Positions 26,801-39,317 of a stretch of DNA of 64,000 nucleotides are shown here, piece by piece (position 1 is the stretch's first letter; each line of letters begins with the position of its first letter). The notes beneath the pieces were generated by a model. That model did no database searches and had not been told where the DNA came from. It saw only the letters and a list, made by a program, of their open reading frames with translations. Origin of the DNA: Mobula hypostoma. Its lineage: Eukaryota. The stretch lies in NCBI RefSeq assembly GCF_963921235.1, contig NC_086107.1:116128001-116192000 (forward strand), written 5' to 3'. Both the position numbers and the translations under genes were made by a program.

Positions 26801-28082
26801 CAGACTCCCGTCTCACACCAACACCCTGACAGCACTCAGACTCCGTCTCACCAACACCCTGACAGCACTCAGACTCCCGTCTCACCAACACCCTGACAGC
26901 ACTCAGACTCCGTCTCACCAACACCCTGACAGCACTCAGACTCCCGTCTCACCAACACCCTGACAGCACTCAGACTCCCGTCTCACCAACACCCTGACAG
27001 CACCCAGACTCCAGTCTCACCAACACCCTGACAGCACTCAGACTCCAGTCTCACCAACACCCTGACAGCACTCAGACTCCCGTCTCACCAACACACTGAC
27101 AGCACTCAGACTCCCGTCTCACCAACACCCTGACAGCACTCAGACTCCCGTCTCACCAACACCCTGACAGCACCCAGACTCCAGTCTCACCAACACCCTG
27201 ACAGCACTCAGACTCCCGTCTCACCAACACCCTGACAGCACTCAGACTCCAGTCTCACCAACACCCTGACAGCACTCAGACTCCAGTCTCACCAACACCC
27301 TGACAGCACTCAGACTCCCGTCTCACCAACACCCTGACAGCACTCAGACTCCCGTCTCACCAACACCCTGACAGCACTCAGACTCCCGTCTCACCAACAC
27401 CCTGACAGCACTCAGACTCCCGTCTCACCAACACCCTGACAGCACTCAGACTCCCGTCTCACCAACACCCTGACAGCACTCAGACTCCCGTCTCACCAAC
27501 ACCCTGACAGCACTCAGACTCCCGTCTCACCAACACCCTGACAGCACTCAGACTCCCGTCTCACCAACACCCTGACAGCACTCAGACTCCCGTCTCACCA
27601 ACACCCTGACAGCACTCAGACTCCCGTCTCACCAACACCCTGACAGCACTCAGACTCCCGTCTCACCAACACCCTGACAGCACTCAGACTCCAGTCTCAC
27701 CAACACCCTGACAGCACTCAGACTCCAGTCTCACCAACACCCTGACAGCACTCAGACTCCCGTCTCACCAACACCCTGACAGCACTCAGACTCCGGTCTC
27801 ACCAACACCCTGACAGCACTCAGACTCCCGTCTCACCAACACCCTGACAGCACTCAGACTCCCGTCTCACCAACACCCTGACAGCACTCAGACTCCCGTC
27901 TCACCAACACCCTGACAGCACTCAGACTCCCGTCTCACCAACACCCTGACAGCACTCAGACTCCGGTCTCACCAACACCCTGACAGCACTCAGACTCCCG
28001 TCTCACCAACACCCTGACAGCACTCAGACTCCCGTCTCACCAACACCCTGACAGCACTCGGACTTCCATCTCACCGACAGCA
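17789..28082. repeat. 34-bp minisatellite (CAGCACTCAGACTCCCGTCTCACCAACACCCTGA), about 10.3 kb
   Basis: About 300 tandem copies. Confidence 0.98.
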
Positions 28083-28199
28083 CTGCTGTCTGTCATAAAT
28101 GGAAATGACCTGGCTGACAATGTAGGGAGGTGGATTTGTATGCTTGCACACAACACTGGCGTTGTAATGGGGACTGGTGGAGGTGTGGACAGTGTTGAG

Positions 28200-29190
28200 T
28201 GTTGCCAAAGGACACAGTGGGATAGAGATCAGTGACAGATACAGGTGGAGAAAAGGCCGATGTGGTGTTTAATCCGGGCAAGTGTGAGGGGTTGCACTTT
28301 GAGAGGTCAAAGGTAAAGGGACAGGACAGAGTTATCGGCAGGACCTTTAACAGTATTGATCTACCGAGGGATCCTGGGGTCCCTGTCTACAGCTCCCTGA
28401 AGGTGACGACACAGGCTGACAGGGTGGTAAGGGAGGCGAACAGCGTGTTTGGCTTTATCAGACGGGGCACTGAGTTCAAGAGTCAGGACGTTATGTTGCA
28501 GCTTCATAAACCTCTGGACCGGCTGCATCTGGGTATTACATTTAGTTCTGGGTGCCCCACGACAGGAAGCGTGTCGGGGCTTTGGAGAGGGTGTGGGGGA
28601 TTTGGAGAGGGTAGGGGGTTTTGGAGAGGGTGTGGGGGCTTTGGAGAGGGTGTGGGGGATTTGGAGAGGGTAGGGGGCTTTGGAGAGGGTGTGGGGGCTT
28701 TGGAGAGGGTAGGGGGCTTTGGAGAGGGTGTAGGGGCTTTGGAGAGGGTAGGGGGCTTTGGAGAGGGTGTGGGGGCTTTGGAGAGGGTGTGGGGGTTTGG
28801 AGAGGATGTAGAAGATGTTCACCAGGATGCTGCCTGGGTTTGAGGGCCAGAGCTGGAAGGAGAGGTGGGAGAAATTTGGGTTGTTTTTCTCTGGAGTGGT
28901 GGAGACGAGGGGAGATGTGATCAAGATTTATAAGATCATGAGGGGTAAAGACAGAGCAGACAGGGGGATAGCTGGTATCTTCATCCCCAGAGTGGAAATG
29001 TCAACAGCAGAGGGTTTGCATTTGAGGTGAGCGGGGAACAGTTCAGAGGAGATGTGTACTGCAGATTGTTTTCACATGCAGTGCTCGGAATGTGCTGTCA
29101 GGGGTGGGGATGGAGGCAGATTCCATAGAGGCTGTTAGACAGACACATGAACGTTCAGGGAGTGGAGGGAGATGGACATAGTGTAGGCAG
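28200..29190 (+). mobile_element. Degenerate CR1 LINE 3' part with an internal tandem expansion
   Basis: FNPGKCEGLHF, FIRRGTEFKSQDVMLQL, FTRMLPG, RGDVIKIYKIM. Confidence 0.85.
28576..28812. repeat. 19-20-bp G-rich tandem repeat (GGGGGCTTTGGAGAGGGTGT)
   Basis: About 12 copies inside the CR1 fragment. Confidence 0.93.
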
Positions 29191-29677
29191 AAATTAGTAG
29201 TTTACCTTGTCAACAGAGAGAGAGAGCTGGACAGTGTCCCTCATCTGCCACCCAGCTCCCCATCCCTTTACAGACAGCCATGGGGAGGGGGGGGGTCACC
29301 ACAACTCCCACCAATTCTGTTCCCCCTCCCACTCCCAGCACAGACAGCCGGGGTCAGCTGTCCTTCACTCTGAGTCCACCACCCACACAGAGACCTAGGG
29401 TGAGCTGGAGCTCCCTTGCTCAAAATGGCAGCCAAGGGTCCTGTCTCAGGGGAGGGGTGAGTTTGGGCAGACATAAAGAACGAGCCACAGTGGTGGGAGG
29501 GGAGCCAGAATGATCGAGTGGAACAGAGGGGGAGAGAGCAAGGGAGCGAGGCAAACAGGGAGGGAGAGAATGAGTTTCAGGCAGGGAAGGAGGTGGGAAG
29601 GGAGGGGATGGGAGAGGGAGGGCATGATGGAGGGAGGCAGGGGGCGGGGGGTAGAGTCAGAGCCGCAGGCTGAGTAC

Positions 29678-29759
29678 CTGAATCAGGCTTCGTTCTGAGG
29701 TCCCGGCCGTGGTGGGCTGCTGCTTGAGTTCATCAATCATTTCCTGCATCAGGTCGAAG
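29678..29759 (-). CDS. tex14: Putative exon O (FDLMQEMIDELKQQPTTAGTSERSLIQ)
   Basis: ctgttcccccacag acceptor, CAG|gtactc donor, 82 nt, phase 2->0, which fits exon N. Confidence 0.72.
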
Positions 29760-30049
29760 CTGTGGGGGAACAGGAGGCCGGAGAAGTGAGTTGAGGGGCA
29801 GGCAGGGTAGGTAGAGGGACAAGGCAGGGTGAGGGAGAAGGTCAAGATGAGGTAGAAGGGAAGGGCAGGGTGAGGCTGAGGGACAGGGAGAAGCGGGGGG
29901 TGCAGGGTGAGGCAGAGGGACTGGGGTGAGGCAGAATGAGGTAGAGAGGAAGGGCAGGGTGAGGCTGAGGGCTAAGAGGAGGGAGGCAGAACTCAGCAAC
30001 CAGGGCACAATCCCAGTCAGAATCAACACTGGTAACCCTGGTCAAGAGG

Positions 30050-30220
30050 ATGTGAGATTCTGCAGACGCTGGATATCCTGAGCAACACATACAAAATGCT
30101 GGAGGAACTCAGCAAATCAGGCAGCATCTGTGCAGGAGGATAAAGCAGCTGATGATTCTGACCATCTGAGCTGAAAAGGTCGGTGTGGAGCAGAAGCCAG
30201 AGTAAAGGGTGTGGGGAGAG
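30050..30220 (-). mobile_element. Degenerate Penelope-like fragment
   Basis: ctgcagacgctgga..acaaaatgctggaggaactcagc is shared with the copies at 45137, 48826, 52610 and 56723. Confidence 0.55.
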
Positions 30221-30249
30221 GATGTGACATTTCGTCGTGGCAGTTTGGT

Positions 30250-30845
30250 GCAAGGAGATAAAATTACTACAATGTACAACAAGGTTTTCTCACTCCTGTG
30301 CAACTCCTTGTAGCCATTGGAGATTCTGACGACAGCAGTTCATTGGTAAATTTATAGATGCTGTTTGAGCTGTGCTTAGCTGGACAGTCATGAGTGTTGA
30401 GGGAGAGCAGCAGAGTAGAAATGCATTCTTGAGGTGCATTTGTGTCAATCATCAGCAACGAGGAGACTGCTTCTCCCTGAAGTTGGCCGCACCGGCTGAC
30501 AGGAGGTAAAGATTTGAATGTGGCAAGTTGCCCACACCGGCTGACAGGGAGGTAAAGAAGGTGTTGCCTTTATTACTCGAGGGACAGTTCAAGAGTCGGG
30601 AAGTTATGCTGAAAAGCTTTCTAAACCTCTGGTCAGGCTGCATCCGGAATATTTCACATAATCCTGGTTACCCCATCACAAGAAAGGGTGAGGGGCGCTG
30701 GAGAGGATGCAGACGAGGTTCACCAGGGTGTTGCCTGGATTAGAGGGCGTGGGCTAAAATGAGAAGGTTGGACAAACTTGGGTTGTTTCCTCTGGAGCAG
30801 CGGAGGCCAACGGGAAATCTGATAGAGGCTTATAAGGTCCTTCAA
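30250..30845. mobile_element. Old LINE fragments (Rex1-type on -, CR1-type on +)
   Basis: APQEC..LL.SL.THDC on the - strand; FKSREVML and RL.KLGL.PLE.RR-like sequence on the + strand. Confidence 0.6.
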
Positions 30846-30935
30846 GAACTTGTAGGGGATTTGAAGGTGGGATGTGGAGGACAGTGACAGGTGGCACAGA
30901 CACGTCCTGTACCCCAGGTGGGAGGGCAGACTCAC

Positions 30936-31033
30936 CCTGGCTGCCAACGATCACTGGAGGGTGAGGACGCAGTGCAGTGGCGGAGATTCCAGCGTTCCAG
31001 CAGGGCCAAGGCGCTCAAAGCCAAAGGGGTCGT
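30936..31033 (-). CDS. tex14: Putative exon N (TTPLALSALALLERWNLRHCTASSPSSDRWQP)
   Basis: Very strong sites (tttcccattgcag, GG|gtgagt), 98 nt. Only phase 0->2 is open. Confidence 0.68.
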
Positions 31034-31331
31034 CTGCAATGGGAAACAGAGCAGGGTGAGGAGGGATAGGGAGCTGCAGACACCAACACATCCACAGAGC
31101 CCCGACACTGAGACCGAGCAGGGGCGCGCACAGGAGGATCCCAGGAGGAGAGGCGAGACGGTCGAGAAACCATGAGGGGACAGCTGGTAGGGGAGAAGTG
31201 AGTGCATAGGGATGGAGAAGGCAGGGGGAGAGAGCCTACACAGATGTGGGGGGGGCGAGGAGGGGTAGAGAAAGAACTTATGGCACTCAGGCCCAGGGAA
31301 TCAGTGTGGACACCGGGATGTGGCCCAGTAC

Positions 31332-31474
31332 CTGGGTGGTTTCTTTCTGGGAACTGCTCTGAGACTCGCCATCTCCTGTTGCCACCAGCGCCCCATCCTC
31401 AGGAATGCTCGACAAACCATCTGTATTGTCTGCACTTGGTTGAGATTCCACAGAGCTTGTTCTCTCATGAGTTC
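31332..31474 (-). CDS. tex14: Putative exon M (GTHERTSSVESQ..SQKETTQ)
   Basis: CAG|gtactg donor. Several phase-1 acceptors exist; the most upstream was chosen. Bridges phase 1->0. Confidence 0.5.
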
Positions 31475-31549
31475 CTGTGTGATCCAAACACAAGGGTATC
31501 GCATGTCAGAAATCCACGTGGGAATAACGACAGGCTGGTGCCGACAGAA

Positions 31550-34500
31550 CTTCACTGTGTCTGACCCCGGGAGTGTGTGATGGGATGGTGTGGAGGGAGA
31601 TTCACTCTGTGTCTGACCCCGGGAGTGTGTGATGGGATGGTGTAGAGGGAGATTCACTCTGTGTCTGACCCCGGGAGTGTGTGATGGGACGGTGTGGAGG
31701 GAGTCTCACTCTGTGTCTGACCCCGGGAGTGTGTGATGGGATGGTGTGGAGGGAGATTCACTCTGTGTCTGACCCCGGGAGTGTGTGATGGGATGGTGTA
31801 GAGGGAGATTCACTCTGTGTCTGACCCCGGGAGTGTGTGATGGGACGGTGTGGAGGGAGATTCACTCTGTGTCTGACCCCGGGAGTGTGTGATGGGACGG
31901 TGTGGAGGGAGATTCACTCTGTGTCTGACCCCGGGAGTGTGTGATGGGACGGTGTGGAGGGAGATTCACTCTGTGTCTGACCCCAGGAGTGTGTGATGGG
32001 ACGGTGTGGAGCGAGTTTCACTCTGTGTCTGACCCCGGGACTGTGTGATGGGACGGTGTGGAGGGAGATTCACTCTGTGTCTGACCCCGGGAGTGTGTGA
32101 TGGGACGGTGTGGAGGGAGATTCACTCTGTGTCTGACCCCGGGAGTGTGTGATGGGACGGTGTGGAGGGAGATTCACTCTGTGTCTGACCCCGGGAGTGT
32201 GTGATGGGACGGTGTGGAGGGAGATTCACTCTGTGTGTGACCCCGGGAGTGTGTGATGGGACGGTGTGGAGGGAGTTTCACTCTGTGTCTGACCCCGGGA
32301 GTGTGTGATGGGACGGTGTGGGGGGAGTTTCACTCTGTGTCTGACCCCGGGAGTGTGTGATGGGACGGTGTGGAGGGAGTTTCACTCTGTGTCTGACCCC
32401 GGGAGTGTGTGATGGGACGGTGTGGAGGGAGATTCACTCTGTGTCTGACCCCGGATGTGTGTGATGGGACGGTGTGGAGGGAGATTCAGTCTGTGTCTGA
32501 CCCCGGGAGTGTGTGATGGGACGGTGTGGAGGGAGATTCACTCTGTGTCTGACCCCGGGAGTGTGTGATGGGACGGTGTGGAGGGAGTTTCACTCTGTGT
32601 GTGACCCCGGGACTGTGTGATGGGACGGTGTGGAGGGAGATTCACTCTGTGTCTGACCCCGGGAGTGTGTGATGGGATGGTGTGGAGGGAGATTCACTCT
32701 GTGTGTGACCCCGGGAGTCTGTGATGGGACGGTGTGGAGGGAGTTTCACTCTGTGTCTGACCCCGGGAGTGTGTGATGGGACGGTGTGGGGGGAGTTTCA
32801 CTCTGTGTCTGACCCCGGGAGTGTGTGATGGGACGGTGTGGAGGGAGTTTCACTCTGTGTCTGACCCCGGGAGTGTGTGATGGGATGGTGTGGAGGGAGA
32901 TTCACTCTGTGTCTGACCCCGGGAGTGTGTGATGGGACGGTGTGGAGGGAGATTCACTCTGTGTCTGACCCCGGGAGTGTGTGATGGGACGGTGTGGAGG
33001 GAGATTCACTCTGTGTCTGACCCCAGGAGTGTGTGATGGGACGGTGTGGAGCGAGTTTCACTCTGTGTCTGACCCCGGGACTGTGTGATGGGACGGTGTG
33101 GAGGGAGATTCACTCTGTGTCTGACCCCGGGAGTGTGTGATGGGACGGTGTGGAGGGAGATTCACTCTGTGTCTGACCCCGGGAGTGTGTGATTGGACGG
33201 TGTGGGGGGAGTTTCACTCTGTGTCTGACCCCGGGAGTGTGTGATGGGACGGTGTGGAGGGAGTTTCACTCTGTGTCTGACCCCGGGAGTGTGTGATGGG
33301 ACGGTGTGGAGGGAGATTCACTCTGTGTCTGACCCCGGATGTGTGTGATGGGACGGTGTGGAGGGAGATTCACTCTGTGTCTGACCCCGGGAGTGTGCGA
33401 TGGGACAGTGTGGAGGGAGATTCACTCTGTGTGTGACCCCGGGAGTGTGTGATGGGACGATGTGGAGGGAGTTTCACTCTGTGTCTGACCCCGGGAGTGT
33501 GTGATGGGACGGTGTGGAGGGAGTTTCACTCTGTGTCTGACCCCGGGAGTGTGTGATGGGACGGTGTGGAGGGAGTTTCACTCTGTGTCTGACCCCGGGA
33601 GTGTGTGATGGGACGGTGTGGAGGGAGTTTCACTCTGTGTCTGACCCCGGGAGTGTGTGATGGGACGGTGTGGAGGGAGATTCACTCTGTGTCTGACCCC
33701 GGATGTGTGTGATGGGACGGTGTGGAGGGAGATTCACTCTGTGTCTGACCCCGGGAGCGTGTGATGGGACGGTGTGGAGGGAGATTCACTCTGTGTCTGA
33801 CCCCGGGAGTGTGTGATGGGACGGTGTGGAGGGAGTTTCACTCTGTGTCTGACCCCGGGACTGTGTGATGGGACGGTGTGGAGGGAGATTCACTCTGTGT
33901 CTGACCCCGGGAGTGTGTGATGGGACGGTGTGGAGGGAGATTCACTCTGTGTCTGACCCCGGGAGTGTGTGATGGGACGGTGTGGAGGGAGTTTCACTCT
34001 GTGTCTGACCCCGGGAGTGTGTGATGGGACAGTGTGGAGGGAGATTCACTCTGTGTCTGACCCCGGATGTGTGTGATGGGACGGTGTGGAGGGGGATTCA
34101 CTCTGTGTCTGACCCCGGGAGTGTGTGATGGGACGGTGTGGAGGGAGATTCACTCTGTGTCTGACCCCAGATGTGTGTGATGGGACGGTGTGGAGGGAGA
34201 TTCACTCTGTGTCTGACCGCGGGAGTGTGTGATGGGACGGTGTGGAGGGAGATTCACTCTGTGTCTGACCCCGGGAGTGTGTGATGGGACGGTGTGGAGG
34301 GAGATTCACTCTGTGTCTGACCCCGGGAGTGTGTGATGGGACGGTGTGGAGGGAGATTCACTCTGTGTCTGACCCCGGGAGTGTGTGATGGGACGGTGTG
34401 GAGGGAAGTTCACTCTGTGTCTGACCCCGGGAGTGTGTGATGGGACGGTGTGGAGGGAGATTCACTCTGTGTCTGATCCCGGGAGTGTGTGATGGGACGG

Positions 34501-37500
34501 TGTGGAGGGAGGTTCACTCTGTGTCTCACCCCGGGAGTGTGTGATGGGACGGTGTGGAGTGAGATTCTGTGTCTGACCCCGGGAGTGGGTGATGGGACGG
34601 TGTGGAGGGAGATTCACTCTGTGTCTGACCCCGGGAGTGTGTGATGGGACGGTGTGGAGTGAGATTCTGTGTCTGACCCCGGGAGTGTGTGATGGGACGG
34701 TGTGGAGGGAGATTCACTCTGTGTCTGACCCCGGGAGTGTGTGATGGGACGGTGTGGAGGGAGTTTCACTCTGTGTCTGACCCCGGGAGTGTGTGATGGG
34801 ACGGTGTGGAGGGAGATTCACTCTGTGTCTGACCCCGGATGTGTGTGTTGGGACGGTGTGGAGGGAGATTCACTCTGTGTCTGACCCCGGGAGTGTGCGA
34901 TGGGACAGTGTGGAGGGAAATTCACTCTGTGTGTGACCCCGGGAGTGTGTGATGGGACGGTGTGGAGGGAGTTTCACTCTGTGTCTGACCCCGGGAGTGT
35001 GTGATGGGACGGTGTGGAGGGAGGTTCACTCTGTGTCTCACCCCGGGAGTGTGTGATGGGACGGTGTGGAGTGAGATTCTGTGTCTGACCCCGGGAGTGT
35101 GTGATGGGACGGTGTGGAGGGAGATTCACTCTGTGTCTGACCCCGGGAGTGTGTGATGGGACGGTGTGGAGTGAGATTCTGTGTCTGACCCCGGGAGTGT
35201 GTGATGGGACGGTGTGGAGGGAGATTCACTCTGTGTCTGACCCCGGGAGTGTGTGATGGGACGGTGTGGAGGGAGATTCACTCTGTGTCTGACCCCGGGA
35301 GTGTGTGATGGGACGGTGTGGAGGGAGATTCACTCTGTGTGTGACCCCGGGAGTGTGTGATGGGACGGTGTGGAGGGAGTTTCACTCTGTGTCTGACCCC
35401 GGGAGTGTGTGATGGGACGGTGTGGAGGGAGATTCTGTGTCTGAGCCCGGGAGTGTGTGATGGGACAGTGTGGAGGGAGATTCACTCTGTGTCTGACCCC
35501 GGGAGTGTGTGATGGGACGGTGTGGAGGGAGATTCACTCTGTGTCTGACCCCGGGAGTGTGTGATGGGACGGTGTGGAGTGAGATTCTGTGTCTGACCCC
35601 GGGAGTGTGTGATGGGACGGTGTGGAGGGATATTTACTCTGTGTCTTACCGCGGGAGTGCGTGATGGGACGGTGAGGAGGGAGATTCACTCTGTGTCTGA
35701 CCCCGGGAATGTGTGATGGGACGGTGTGGAGGGAGTTTCACTCTCTGTCTGACCCCGGGAGTGTGTGATGGGACGGTGTGGAGGGAGATTCACTCTGTGT
35801 CTGACCCCGGGAGTGTGCGATGGGACAGTGTGGAGGGAAATTCACTCTGTGTGTGACCCCGGGAGTGTGTGATGGGACGGTGTGGAGGGAGTTTCACTCT
35901 GTGTCTGACCCCGGGAGTGTGTGATGGGACGGTGTGGAGGGAGGTTCACTCTGTGTCTCACCCCGGGAGTGTGTGATGGGACGGTGTGGAGTGAGATTCT
36001 GTGTCTGACCCCGGGAGTGTGTGATGGGACGGTGTGGAGGGAGCTTCACTCTGTGTCTGACTCCTGGAGTGTGTGATGGGACGGTGTGGAGGGAGATTCA
36101 CTCTGTGTCTGACCCCGGGAGTGTGTGATGGGACGGTGTGGAGTGAGATTCTGTGTCTGACCCCGGGAGTGTGTGATGGGACGGTGTGGAGGGAGATTCA
36201 CTCTGTGTCTGACCCCGGGAGTGTGTGATGGGACGGTGTGGAGGGAGATTCACTCTGTGTCTGACCCCGGGAGTGTGTGATGGGACGGTGTGGAGGGAGA
36301 TTCACTCTGTGTGTGACCCCGGGAGTGTGTGATGGGACGGTGTGGAGGGAGTTTCACTCTGTGTCTGACCCCGGGAGTGTGTGATGGGACGGTGTGGAGG
36401 GAGATTCTGTGTCTGAGCCCGGGAGTGTGTGATGGGACGGTGTGGAGGGAGATTCACTCTGTGTCTGACCCCGGGAGTGTGTGATGGGACGGTGTGGAGG
36501 GAGATTCACTCTGTGTCTGACCCCGGGAGTGTGTGATGGGACGGTGTGGAGTGAGATTCTGTGTCTGACCCCGGGAGTGTGTGATGGGACGGTGTGGAGG
36601 GATATTTACTCTGTGTCTTACCCCGGGAGTGCGTGATGGGACGGTGTGGAGGGAGCTTCACTCTGTGTCTGACGCCTGGAGTGTGTGATGGGACGGTGTG
36701 GAGGGAGATTCACTCTGTGTCTGACCCCGGGAATGTGTGATGGGACGGTGTGGAGGGAGTTTCACTCTGTGTCTGACCCCGGGAGTGTGTGATGGGACGG
36801 TGTGGAGGGAGATTCACTCTGTGTCTGACCCCGGGAGTGTGTGATGGGACGGTGTGGAGGGAGATTCACTCTGTGTCTGACCCCGGGAGTGTGTGATGGG
36901 ACGGTGTGGAGGGAGATTCACTCCGTGTCTGACCCCGGGAGTGTGTGATGGGACGGTGTGGAGGGAGATTCACTCTGTGTCTGACCCCGGGAGTGAGTGA
37001 TGGGACGGTGTGGAGGGAGATTCACTCTGTGTCTGACCCCGGGAGTGTGTGATGGGACGGTGTGGAGGGAGATTCTGTGTCTGACCCCGGGAGTGTGTGA
37101 TGGGACGGTGTGGAGGGATATTTACTCTGTGTCTGACCCCGGGAGTGCGTGATGGGACGGTGTGGAGGGAGCTTCACTCTGTGTCTGACTCCTGGAGTGT
37201 GTGATGGGACGGTGTGGAGGGAGATTCACTCTGTGTCTGACCCCGGGAGTGTGTGATGGGACGGTGTGGAGGGAGCTTCACTCTGTGTCTGACTCCTGGA
37301 GTGTATGATGGGACGGTGTGGAGGGAGATTCACTCTGTGTCTGACCCCGGGAGTGTGTGATGGGACGGTGTGGAGGGAGCTTCACTCTGTGTCTGACCCC
37401 GGGAGTGTGTGATGGGACGGTGTGGAGGGAGATTCACTCTTTGTCTGACCCCGGGAGTGTGTGATGGGACGGTGTGGAGGGATATTTACTCTGTGTCTGA

Positions 37501-38001
37501 CCCCGGGAGTGCGTGATGGGACGGTGTGGAGGGAGCTTCACTCTGTGTCTGACTCCTGGAGTGTATGATGGGACGGTGTGGAGGGAGATTCACTCTGTGT
37601 CTGACCCCGGGAGTGTGTGATGGGACGGTGTGGAGGGAGCTTCACTCTGTGTCTGACCCCGGGAGTGTGTGATGGGACGGTGTGGAGGGAGATTCACTCT
37701 TTGTCTGACCCCGGGAGTGTGTGATGGGACGGTGTGGAGGGAGTTTCACTCTGTGTCTGACCCCGGGAGTGTGTGATGGGACGGTGTGGAGGGAGATTCA
37801 CTCTGTGTCTGACCCCGGGAGTGTGTGATGGGACGGTGTGGAGGGAGATTCACTCTGTGTCTGACCCCGGGAGTGTGTGATGGGACGGTGTGGAGGGAGA
37901 TTCACTCTGTGTCTGACCCCGGGAGTGTGTGATGGGACGGTGTGGAGGGAGCTTCACTCTGTGTCTGACCCCGGGAGTGTGTGATGGGACGGTGTGGAGG
38001 G
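31550..38001. repeat. 52-bp satellite array 2 (same family and orientation as array 1), intronic
   Basis: About 6.4 kb of the same consensus. Confidence 0.98.
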
Positions 38002-38023
38002 AACGTATTTTCAGCTGCATTAC

Positions 38024-38243
38024 CTGTGCGGGGTTGGATATGATGTTCGTCCTCCCAGTGCTGCCTGGAGACCTGCTCCAGCGCCTGGATCCCACTGAGG
38101 AACCGCTGCTCGAGACGCTCAAGGGATGAGTTGAAACAACCGAGCAGACCAGCCGACTCGCGGATGCTGCTCGCACAGCTGAGGAGCCTGATGTCCCGCA
38201 GGTGGATGGGTACAGGGTGAGGTGAGTCTTGACTGATGGGAGG
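38024..38243 (-). CDS. tex14: Putative exon L (IRLLSCASSIRESAGLLGCFNSSLERLEQRFLSGIQALEQ; helical/coiled-coil-like)
   Basis: G|gtaatg donor and an amphipathic-looking peptide. The acceptor position (gtcccgcag) is uncertain. Confidence 0.6.
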
Positions 38244-38406
38244 CTGCGGGACTCGATGTACACCAGCTGGGTCAGTACTGAAGTCCAATCTGCAAACATC
38301 TCCCCCACCATCCCCCTCCTTCCCTCTCCCTCTCCACCCTCTCATCCCACAATCCCTCTCTCTCCCTCTCTGCACTACCTGATCACCTCCCTCCCTCCCG
38401 CCTCAC

Positions 38407-38649
38407 CTGCTGTGCGTATCCTGGAGGCGGGGATTGCTCAGGATGCGCTGTCTCCGTCTCTGACGGGGATGGAGAGCTCTCGCTATCCGGGAGGAGGGGC
38501 AGGCTGCCGTCGGTGTCTGGGTCCAGCTCCCGTCCCCAGCGCACACTGTACACCCTCATCCCAGACCACTGGCTCTGCGCAGGACGGGAGGGGCTGGGCC
38601 AGTGATCCAGATGCAGGTGGCCACGGCTGGCAGTGTCCTCCAAATGGAA
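38407..38649 (-). CDS. tex14: Putative exon K (FHLEDTASRG..QSPPPGYAQQ)
   Basis: C-rich tract plus cag acceptor, CAG|gtgagg donor, 243 nt. Only the phase-0 frame is open. Confidence 0.62.
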
Positions 38650-38854
38650 CTGGGGGGGTGGGGGAAGCAGAGATCAGTTTTATCTGTATGGAAGACAGGG
38701 AGTCTGTCTAACTCACCCACTCCCCTTGATATCTGACAGACACCCACACTCCGCAAGCCCATCTCTCAGGGTCACTGACACCCTCCCACTCCCTCCTATC
38801 CATCCATCCCGTCTCTTTACCCCTTCCAGGATCCTTGCCTCATCACTCCCCCTC

Positions 38855-39146
38855 CCCTTCCCTGTCTCCACCCTCCTCGACTCCCTCTCCTTCCCCCGAC
38901 TCCACCCTCCTCGATTCCCTCTCCTTCCCCGTCTCCACTCTCGACTCCCTCTCCTTCCCCCGACTACACCCTCCTCGACTCCCTCTCCTTCCCCGTCTCC
39001 ACCCTCGACTCCCTCTCCTTCCCCGTCTCCACCCTCCTCGACTCCCTCTCCTTCCCCGTCTCCACCCTCGACTCCCTCTCCTTCCCCGTCTCCACCCTCC
39101 TCGACTCCCTCTCCTTCCCCGTCTCCACCCTCGACTCCCTCTCCCT
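38855..39146. repeat. 30/33-bp C-rich tandem repeat (CCCTCCTCGACTCCCTCTCCTTCCCCGTCTCCA)
   Basis: About 9 copies of alternating length. Confidence 0.9.
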
Positions 39147-39317
39147 TTGCCCCCCCATCTTCCTCCCCAATTCCACCCTCCCTCTTCCTCACAATCTCTC
39201 CTTCTCTCTCCCCTCCCTCCCCTCTCCCATTCCCCCTTCCCTGGTGTTCCCCAGCCTCCTCGGACTCTCTCTCTCACTCTCGCTCCTCTCCATGACGTGC
39301 ATCATACAACTGCTCAC

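Noticed and set aside
24930..26950. 33-bp and irregular units in the 34-bp array as a biological sub-domain
   Set aside because: Mostly single-base losses in short C runs, plus isolated odd insertions. These may be long-read consensus errors and cannot be judged without reads.
9328..38001. CRISPR-like regular repeats
   Set aside because: Head-to-tail monomers with no unique spacers, no cas genes, and a vertebrate context.
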